DNA from: a virus
Reading direction: 5' to 3' (one strand)
Length of the DNA: 64,000 bases
IMG/VR virus record: IMGVR_UViG_3300036770_003738
Location: 1 to 64,000 of that record
Shown: positions 10,234-17,339 of the stretch, piece after piece
Layout of the letters: every line of letters begins with the position of its first letter
Position numbering within the stretch: the stretch's first letter is position 1
The notes under the pieces: generated by a model
What the model was told of the DNA's origin: nothing
The model's database searches: none
The model's input: only the letters and a program-made list of their open reading frames with translations
Position numbers and translations under genes: made by a program

Positions 10234-10662
10234 ATGACATGGATATACAACAATCAACCAGTAGAGGAACTACCCGAAGACTGCGTGGGCTTTGTGTATC
10301 TCATCGTCAACAATCTCAATCAACGCAAATACATAGGCAAAAAACTAGCAAAATTCTCCAGGACTACGCAACGTACAGTCAAATTAAAGAACGGCACCAA
10401 AAAAAAGAAAAAAATCCGCACTAAGGTTGACAGCGACTGGCGCGACTACTACGGTAGCAGCCCCGAGCTTTCCCGAGATGTGGAGCAGTTAGGCAAAGAA
10501 AACTTTACCAGAGAAATATTATTTTATTGTAAAAGCAAAGCCGAATGCAGTTACATCGAAGCTAGAGAACAATTCACCAACAAAGTATTAGAATCAAAGG
10601 ACTGGTACAACGGGCACATACAAGTGCGTGTACACGGCAGTCATATTATAGGCAAACTTTAA
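10234..10662 (+). CDS. GIY-YIG (Seg-like) endonuclease, catalytic domain only
   Basis: GFVYLI...KYIGKK motif, YYGSS, FTREIL, E-x-R-E-Q, WYN; Lys-rich insertion KLKNGTKKKKKIRTK. Confidence 0.85.
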   Translation: MTWIYNNQPVEELPEDCVGFVYLIVNNLNQRKYIGKKLAKFSRTTQRTVKLKNGTKKKKKIRTKVDSDWRDYYGSSPELSRDVEQLGKENFTREILFYCKSKAECSYIEAREQFTNKVLESKDWYNGHIQVRVHGSHIIGKL

Positions 10663-10669
10663 GCAGTTA

Positions 10670-11112
10670 AGACTCGCACAGGTCAATCCCGTGTGCCGAA
10701 CAGAAGAAACCTGGATCTAGGATCGCAGGGAACCGAAGCCTTGCCGCTGCTAGCAAGCACTCAATCACTATCCTTAACAGGACGAAGATCGCTAATTGCC
10801 GCGGTTTGATTGTTTGAACAGAATTTTAAAGGCTAAAAAGACGTACGATCGCTCGTACACTTTATACTACCCAGTTAGCGTTGGGGAGTATAAACGCCGT
10901 TGTTATAAGACGCAACTCGAGGTACCGGACAACCGCCTCTGTAATCGTTGTAACGCTAAGTGACTTGCCCGACTCGGATGAAGTTATTTTCTTTGCCCTG
11001 CGCGGGCAAAGTGTGACCATAAGATCTGGATGAATACTTAGATCGCTTCGCTCTTGTTAATCAGTTTGTTGTTGAGCGATAGCGAAAACAACAGATGTAC
11101 GAAGTACATCTT
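10670..11112 (+). ncRNA. Candidate large structured non-coding RNA (or structured ssDNA element); family not recognised
   Basis: About 450 bp with no ORF in an otherwise tightly packed genome. At least 10 helices are visible, plus an 8-nt loop-distal complement (10875-82 with 10952-59). Strand is inferred from the upstream gene. Confidence 0.6.
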
Positions 11113-11118
11113 AAAGTG

Positions 11119-11454
11119 TTATAAGTTTTGATCTGGCCAATCTCTAAACAGTGCATGCTGAATGTCTCCAGCAACAAACTGATTAAATGACTTGTGTTTT
11201 GTCTCTAGCTCACCTTCTAGTGGTGCCACTCGTTTGAAAGCACTATCCATTTGCCCCATGTCTTTAAATTCCATAAGAATCATCCATTCGGGCATGTCTG
11301 CTATTGAACGAAATCCCATCTTGCATCGCGTGATGCGATAGCTTTCCATCTTGCCTTCTGAGATCAAGTGATCAAAAAAACTTTTCATGCCGTTGACCCA
11401 GTCAAGATCTGAAATGTCGCCAGATTTGTTGGCCCAGATTGTATAAATGTCCAT
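11119..11454 (-). CDS. Small dimeric alpha/beta-barrel-like protein (resembles DUF6614)
   Basis: Likely start MDIYTIW at 11454 with AGGAG SD; YRITRCKMGF..PEW.ILMEF..M.Q.D.AF pattern; family recalled from memory. Confidence 0.6.
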   Translation of the reverse strand: MDIYTIWANKSGDISDLDWVNGMKSFFDHLISEGKMESYRITRCKMGFRSIADMPEWMILMEFKDMGQMDSAFKRVAPLEGELETKHKSFNQFVAGDIQHALFRDWPDQNL

Positions 11455-11455
11455 A

Positions 11456-12598
11456 TTAACTCCTGTTTGGAAAAAAATCTTGTTGAACACCTTCGCGGTG
11501 TAAATCCGATGTTACACAATGAATGCCGCCGTCCCAAAAGTATCTATGTCTAAATGGGACAATGTGCGTGGTGATACCATAACGTTCTAGCGCATCAAAT
11601 ACTTGTTTATTATAGTTAAACACTATAACATTCTTGGGATCAATGATTAACATATTGACATCGAATACCGTTTCTTCAACATAACCAGTCCAATGGTCCA
11701 ACCATGTTTCAACAGTATCTACTACTGCTTGGTCGTACTCAAATCCAGGTATCCACCACTTGCCTCGATTTTTCTTTTTAAGATCTAGAAAAGGTACAAT
11801 TTTTTCCCAACTTTGGCCTGGTAGATAAATTACTTCCCAATCAGGAAAAGTGTCAGCATAAGTTGGTACATCTTGTAAACTTATAATTAATCCAGGAGTA
11901 ACAGGACAATATACAGCATCGCTGTGTCCGCCTGTATTGATAATATGATTCCTTGTTGTTGTAAATTCAGTGTTGATAAAAGATTCTAGTGGCCTGGTGT
12001 TGTAATTCTGACTTGGTGTTCCAAAATATAAATCTTTGCCAATTCGAGTCATGTTTGCACCGCCAATGACCTCGTATAAATTGCTAGGGGCTTGATTAAC
12101 AATATTTCCTTTGCTTTTTATTCTATTAATAATATCAGTGTAACACCCGTTGTCAATACATAACTTTCTCTGAAAGTTATGTATTGTTAAACATTCATCG
12201 ATGATTCTCTGTGGTAACTGATCAAATTCTTCTATGGTGTTGCACTCTGGCCACGATGGGTCTTTAACATTGCTGTAAAAATTTTTAAAAGGTATGTAAT
12301 GATTAAAATAACATTTATTATCTATCATTACACTAACGTCTCTGGGAGTCATCGGGGGTGCGACAAACTTTCCGTCAACAAATGTTTCTTTGGGTAAGTT
12401 AGGTCGTAATACTTCTACACCAAAACTTTCTAGTTTTTTAATAATTTCTTGATAATCTTCTTCTGTTTCAATGGCTATTCTTTCAAATAAAGATCTAACG
12501 TGTGGAACTTTAATCCACGAATAAAACTCTGGAGGATAACTACGTCCTACCACACATACTTTTAGTGGGTCCCAGTGCTGATGTACTGAAAATGTCAT
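11456..12598 (-). CDS. Amidinotransferase (pentein superfamily; glycine/inosamine-phosphate amidinotransferase-like)
   Basis: WDPLK..VVG N-terminus, LESFGVEVLRP, TPRD, GHSD, VNML, GGIHC.T.D..R C-terminal motif. Confidence 0.85.
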   Translation of the reverse strand: MTFSVHQHWDPLKVCVVGRSYPPEFYSWIKVPHVRSLFERIAIETEEDYQEIIKKLESFGVEVLRPNLPKETFVDGKFVAPPMTPRDVSVMIDNKCYFNHYIPFKNFYSNVKDPSWPECNTIEEFDQLPQRIIDECLTIHNFQRKLCIDNGCYTDIINRIKSKGNIVNQAPSNLYEVIGGANMTRIGKDLYFGTPSQNYNTRPLESFINTEFTTTRNHIINTGGHSDAVYCPVTPGLIISLQDVPTYADTFPDWEVIYLPGQSWEKIVPFLDLKKKNRGKWWIPGFEYDQAVVDTVETWLDHWTGYVEETVFDVNMLIIDPKNVIVFNYNKQVFDALERYGITTHIVPFRHRYFWDGGIHCVTSDLHREGVQQDFFPNRS

Positions 12599-13029
12599 TC
12601 TAGTGGTCCTAGTATTTCAAAGCCTGCCATGTCAGCTTTGTACAAGTGTGCTTGTTCAAGATACAGGTACTTAAATCCGCGAGCTTTGTAGATTGCACAC
12701 TCAGTTTGTAAACTTTCTATACCCAGTCGCATTTTGGGTCTGTGGTAGTTCCAAGCAAACTGATCGCATAATGCATTGTGATCGTCATAGCGTTTAATCA
12801 AACTGAACGCTACCAGTCGATCTTGATCGTAGTAGCCAATTACATCGGTCATTGGATCAGTGTAACGACTGTCAAACATAGGCATTACTGATGCAAAGTG
12901 TTTGTAGATGCAGTAGTCTCTGTAAATTTTATTAAGGGCAGTAATGTCAGGATCACGCAGATATTCCCACTTAACGCTGGCGCAATAATTGGTCTTGCTC
13001 AAATCAATTCTAGCAAACTGATAGCTCAT
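12595..13029 (-). CDS. Arginyl/leucyl-tRNA-protein transferase C-terminal (ATE1/Bpt-like GNAT) domain protein
   Basis: GYY...LVAFS...W.Y..PK.RLG..S...E......GFKYLYL......YK motif typical of ATE_C. Confidence 0.65.
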   Translation of the reverse strand: MSYQFARIDLSKTNYCASVKWEYLRDPDITALNKIYRDYCIYKHFASVMPMFDSRYTDPMTDVIGYYDQDRLVAFSLIKRYDDHNALCDQFAWNYHRPKMRLGIESLQTECAIYKARGFKYLYLEQAHLYKADMAGFEILGPLE

Positions 13030-13529
13030 TGGCGTGGATCTTCCCTATGCTGAAACAATGCTTGCAGGTATTCTTCGGGCCAAGCATCGTAAAAGCCCTT
13101 ACGTGCCACCAACTTAGCCTTGGCATTCAAGTCACTTAGGCCTTGCACTAGCGCCATTGCATACTTGCCTTGATTCATAATAACACCGTTTACATCTTCT
13201 ACATCAGCAGGGTGATCTTCTAGTGCTAGTATATCGTTGCGCAGTAAAAATTCTTGATTGGCGCTATTGATGCTGGCAGCAAACAGTTCATGTGGCCATT
13301 CCGCAGGGTCGTAAACATAGATAACAACTTCACGATCGCCCATGCCCATACGTGCTCGGTTCTTGAGATCATAATAAGGATCTACACCCAAGAACACAGA
13401 ATAAGTGTGCTTTAGCCGTGCTGACCTAGCATAAGGACAAGGACTCCAGCCGCCTAGTGCAGGATGCGGCACCTCCAGGAAGTTGACCATCCAGGCTTCA
13501 ATATCTTTTTTAACTTGTTCAATGTCCAT
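13026..13529 (-). CDS. Hypothetical protein with HP.LG...CPYA motif (DUF1415/DUF6875-like)
   Basis: PHPALGGWSPCPYA and DHP motifs; TAATG and ATGA overlaps with its neighbours. Confidence 0.55.
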   Translation of the reverse strand: MDIEQVKKDIEAWMVNFLEVPHPALGGWSPCPYARSARLKHTYSVFLGVDPYYDLKNRARMGMGDREVVIYVYDPAEWPHELFAASINSANQEFLLRNDILALEDHPADVEDVNGVIMNQGKYAMALVQGLSDLNAKAKLVARKGFYDAWPEEYLQALFQHREDPRQ

Positions 13530-13765
13530 TAGAAGAATGGTAGTTTTGACTTCTTGGTTGTGTCAAGATTATCTTTGATGATGTTGGAAATCATACTGCG
13601 CTCTTTGCTGCTCAATGCTAAAACTTGATCGTATGTAATACCGCCTCGCATGTACCAAGACATTTTTAAACTTTCTTGCCGAATGCTTTCGGCCTCCTTT
13701 TCCATACTGTCTACCAGTGCTGCAATTTGCTCAGCATCAGAGGTCAGGAGGCGGGTGCGAAAAAA
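13529..13765 (-). CDS. Baseplate/tail assembly chaperone C-terminal part (gp51-like), probably expressed by -1 frameshift from the upstream ORF
   Basis: WYMRGGITY...LS..ER motif; its frame overlaps the end of the upstream ORF across a T TTT TTC heptamer. Confidence 0.6.
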   Translation of the reverse strand, partial: FFRTRLLTSDAEQIAALVDSMEKEAESIRQESLKMSWYMRGGITYDQVLALSSKERSMISNIIKDNLDTTKKSKLPFF

Positions 13766-14586
13766 CTCGTCATGTCCAATGTCATTGGTTGATCGTATTG
13801 GTGATCGCATTCGATACATTGAATTTTAAGCGGTTTAATTTCAGAGTCTAATCTTAGATTAATAACTTTGTCACGAATTTCGTTGAACAATGCCCTGTCG
13901 CAGTTCTTTAAGAAGTCTTCTATAAACTCAGGCTCACTTACTATAGCTTGCGGAGTACGAATACTTTGAATACTCCATTTAAGCGACTTGACTGTGAGCT
14001 CTGTGATTTTTTGCAGTACTTGATGCATGCGAGCTAGCTTTTCTTGTTCAGGTAAATCGCTAGCAGGCAAGAGCTGCATGACTTTTTGTTCTTCGAACTG
14101 TGCCTGGTTAGTTTCGTTTTGTGTTTTATAGGTAATCGGTTGAAATGTGATCGTAAGGTCACCGTGGCTAAGAGGCTCAGCAAAGCTAGGGCACTTCAAT
14201 TGATCTAGCACATTACGTAAATCAATGGTGTAATCAGACTCGGTGCCGCAGTTTGGGCACTTGCTACCAATTTCTAAATCGTGCCCGTAGCTAGCAATGC
14301 GAATAGCAGTAAGTATTGCATTGATATCAGGCCCGGGTGCCGCCCATGCATTTTTGATGTTCGGAATACAGCTTTGAATAACGTTAATCACAGCTTGTCC
14401 GTTAAACAGTGCATCGGGTGTTCGGTAAGTGATTTCGTCAATGGCAGTCATTGGCAGTACAGGCAACTCACCGTTTGCGGGCATGTCCAAGCTGCCAGCG
14501 GCCCAATGCGCACCGCCAGAAGGCAAACGCAAATATATTGCAGGTTGTCTAAAATATTGACGTAGCGGGTTAGCAATTTGGTTCAT
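13744..14586 (-). CDS. Baseplate hub assembly chaperone (T4 gp26-like)
   Basis: LPSGG, PMTA.DE, IRIASYG, CPNC and CIEC zinc motifs, C-terminal FF; divergent from the tape measure gene. Confidence 0.75.
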   Translation of the reverse strand: MNQIANPLRQYFRQPAIYLRLPSGGAHWAAGSLDMPANGELPVLPMTAIDEITYRTPDALFNGQAVINVIQSCIPNIKNAWAAPGPDINAILTAIRIASYGHDLEIGSKCPNCGTESDYTIDLRNVLDQLKCPSFAEPLSHGDLTITFQPITYKTQNETNQAQFEEQKVMQLLPASDLPEQEKLARMHQVLQKITELTVKSLKWSIQSIRTPQAIVSEPEFIEDFLKNCDRALFNEIRDKVINLRLDSEIKPLKIQCIECDHQYDQPMTLDMTSFFAPAS

Positions 14587-14594
14587 GTGGCACC

Positions 14595-14602
14595 TATAAA
14601 TA
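14595..14602 (+). promoter_or_regulatory. T4 late promoter TATAAATA for the tape measure gene
   Basis: Perfect T4 late consensus upstream of the ATG at 14628. Confidence 0.75.
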
Positions 14603-14627
14603 TAGTTCTACTTATGGGTAAAAATAC

Positions 14628-17321
14628 ATGGCTGACATAAATCGCGAATTAGAAGAACTTGCAGAACTCACGCAAAAAGTAAATGCTGAGATGCGTCTTT
14701 ATGGTCAGCTGACTAAAGAAACTGCTGAACAGAAAAAAGACGCCGAAATGAAAGCCAAGTACGGTATAGAAAACTTTACTAAAGGCACACAAAAAGGCGC
14801 AGATGCATTAGTTGCACTAGGCAAAGCCGGTAGCGAAGCTGCTAAAGCTATGTATGATGGCAAAAAAGGCGCAGCAGCATTTAACAGTAGTTTAGATGAA
14901 CTAACCAAAGCAGCACAGTTTGCATCAGTTGCGCTGGCATTATTAATACCTGGCGGACCCTTAATTAAAGGTCTAGTAGCTGGCTTCACTGCAGCAATCG
15001 GTGCTCTTGGCAGCTATACCAAAGCTGCCAACGAAATGAGCGATAAGCTCTATAAAGGATATCAAGGTTTAGCTGAATCTGGTGCAGCAGCTAGTGACGG
15101 TATGACTGGGCTATTTGAAGATGCTAAGAAGTTGGGTCTTAGCATGGACGAGCTGTCAGATTACACTGGTCTAATTGCTGCTAATTCTAAAGATCTTGCA
15201 TTGTTTGCTGGATCAGTATTTGAAGGACGTAAGAATTTTGCCAACATAGGCAAAAGCATGGAGCAGTATCGTCAGGGATTGATGAATGCTGGCTTAACAC
15301 AGCAACAAATTAACGACGGTCTAATAAGCTATCTGCGACTACAAAGCAGAGTAGGTCTAAGTCAAAACAAAACAACCACAGAGCTAGCAGATGGTGCTAG
15401 AAAATATCTATTAGAAATGGATGCTCTGGCCAAGGTCACAGGCGAAAGTCGCAAGGCCTTAGAAGATCAAATAGAGGCAGCTCGCAGCGAAGAACGTTTT
15501 GCAGCCAAGCTCCAGGAACTGAGATCGCAAGGTCGGGTCAAAGAAGCTAGTCAATTGGAAAAAACCAACTTGATTTTGGCTAGCCAAAGCAAGGAAGCAG
15601 CACAAGGTTTCCGTGATTTGTCCACGGGTATGATCACTACAGAAGCTGCACAAAAAGCCAATATATTAACACAAGGTGAAGCCATGCGCCAAGCTGACCG
15701 CTTGAGCAAAGGTTTAACCACAGCCGGTGATGCAGCTACTAAAATTGGAACAGCAGCAGGAAAAACTGCTAATGCACTAACACCTTTGGCCAAAGCTGGT
15801 GCAGCCGGTGATGTCATTGGCGATTATGCAGGCGCATTGAGACTTGGTGTTGCAGCTAGTAATAATTTTGCTGAGCAATTAGGTAAAGCCGAAGCAGAAC
15901 AAAAGAAACAGGGTGCTACGGGTGGCAAAGCTGCTGATGCAGCGGTACAAGCACAAACCGATCTTCGTATTGCTCAAATTAAAGCCAACGAAGTAACTGA
16001 ACGATTTGTTAAAGAAGGCATAGTTGCTGCAACTGAAGCGATGATAGCGCTGACCAAAGCTACTACAGCCGGTGCTGAAGGCCTCAACAAGTTGTTTGGC
16101 ATTGGTAAAACAGCAGCACCAGCTGTGACGCAAGGACCTGCACTTGAAAAAGCCAACAAAGAACTAGATGCATCAACAGAAAGAGCCAAACTGGCCAACG
16201 AACGAGCAGCAGCAGCAGAAAAAGATGCAAACTTATCTCGGGCAGAAAAAGACAGGATTAAAAAAGAAGCTCGGGAATCTGAAGCAGCAGTTTTACAAGA
16301 CATTTTTAAACAACGCGAAGCTTACTTGCGAGAGAAAAATGCTAGATCAGCAGCGCGACGAGCTGGGAAATCAGCCCCAGGCGCAGCCCCTGCTGTCACA
16401 CCCACTGGGCCAACAGGAGTAGAAGGTGGCGGTGCAGCCCCAACACCTAAGGCAGCAGAAGTTATATCTTTTGGTCCAGGTTCAGGCAGCGCAGAAAGTT
16501 TTGCTGGGTTAAACAATAATCTTGAAACTGCAGTGGTCAAAGCCGCAGAAGAATACAATGCAGCAACTGGTAATAAAATAAAACTCAACAGTGCTAAAAG
16601 AGATTCAGACAAACAAAAAGAATTATATGATAATTGGGTAGCAGGCGGCAAGCAAGGTATGCCAGTTGCACCACCTGGCACAAGCTTGCATGAAAAAGGC
16701 TTAGCAGTAGATATTCAAAACTACAACGATCCTGTTGCAGTTGCAGCTATGAACCGGCAAGGTTTACAACAAAAAGTAGCCGGCGATCCTGTGCATTTTA
16801 GTTTCGATGGTGGCGGCGTAATTAAAGGTCCCGAGAACGGCTACAAGCCCAATGTGACCATGCACGGTGAAGAAGCTGTTATTCCTCTCAAGGATGGCGC
16901 AGTACCAGTTAGCTTAAATCTCAAAGATGCACTTTCTGTTCCCACATTTGCTGGCTTTAATGAATATGCAGGATACAATTCGGGTCCAATGTCGACTGAC
17001 TTTAACGCAGTTAAGAGTATTACAGCTGCCGCAGAAGCAACTTTGGGAACAAAAATAATTGCAGGACTTGGAGATGAAATCTCAGATAGAATTAAAGAAA
17101 TCAACGAGCAATCTAATGTTTCTACAGAAGCTGCTATTAAACAAGTCGGCGATGAATTTAAAGCAGCTATAGCACAGATGAGTCAACAGCTAACCGAAAA
17201 AGCACTGGCTCAAAATGAAAATAGCACATCTGGCGGAATTTTAGAATTGCTGTCTGAATTGGTAAGTGCTACTAAAAACGGTGTAGATGTACAGCAAAAG
17301 ATCCTTGCAAGTAACTACTAA
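14628..17321 (+). CDS. Tape measure protein with C-terminal peptidase M15 (D-Ala-D-Ala carboxypeptidase-like) domain
   Basis: Long Ala/Lys-rich helical region, then SAKR...Q..LY...APPG.S.HE.GLAVDI...DPVHF (M15 Zn motifs) and HGEEAVIPL. Confidence 0.8.
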   Translation: MADINRELEELAELTQKVNAEMRLYGQLTKETAEQKKDAEMKAKYGIENFTKGTQKGADALVALGKAGSEAAKAMYDGKKGAAAFNSSLDELTKAAQFASVALALLIPGGPLIKGLVAGFTAAIGALGSYTKAANEMSDKLYKGYQGLAESGAAASDGMTGLFEDAKKLGLSMDELSDYTGLIAANSKDLALFAGSVFEGRKNFANIGKSMEQYRQGLMNAGLTQQQINDGLISYLRLQSRVGLSQNKTTTELADGARKYLLEMDALAKVTGESRKALEDQIEAARSEERFAAKLQELRSQGRVKEASQLEKTNLILASQSKEAAQGFRDLSTGMITTEAAQKANILTQGEAMRQADRLSKGLTTAGDAATKIGTAAGKTANALTPLAKAGAAGDVIGDYAGALRLGVAASNNFAEQLGKAEAEQKKQGATGGKAADAAVQAQTDLRIAQIKANEVTERFVKEGIVAATEAMIALTKATTAGAEGLNKLFGIGKTAAPAVTQGPALEKANKELDASTERAKLANERAAAAEKDANLSRAEKDRIKKEARESEAAVLQDIFKQREAYLREKNARSAARRAGKSAPGAAPAVTPTGPTGVEGGGAAPTPKAAEVISFGPGSGSAESFAGLNNNLETAVVKAAEEYNAATGNKIKLNSAKRDSDKQKELYDNWVAGGKQGMPVAPPGTSLHEKGLAVDIQNYNDPVAVAAMNRQGLQQKVAGDPVHFSFDGGGVIKGPENGYKPNVTMHGEEAVIPLKDGAVPVSLNLKDALSVPTFAGFNEYAGYNSGPMSTDFNAVKSITAAAEATLGTKIIAGLGDEISDRIKEINEQSNVSTEAAIKQVGDEFKAAIAQMSQQLTEKALAQNENSTSGGILELLSELVSATKNGVDVQQKILASNY

Positions 17322-17339
17322 CACGGTAAATAACTCACT

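Noticed and set aside
10663-11118. tmRNA, RNase P, tRNA, group I intron or hammerhead identity for the structured region
   Set aside because: No tRNA-like ends, no GAGGAAAGUCC, no interrupted host gene or clear P7 motifs; GGATGA is not the hammerhead CUGAUGA core. Left as unclassified.
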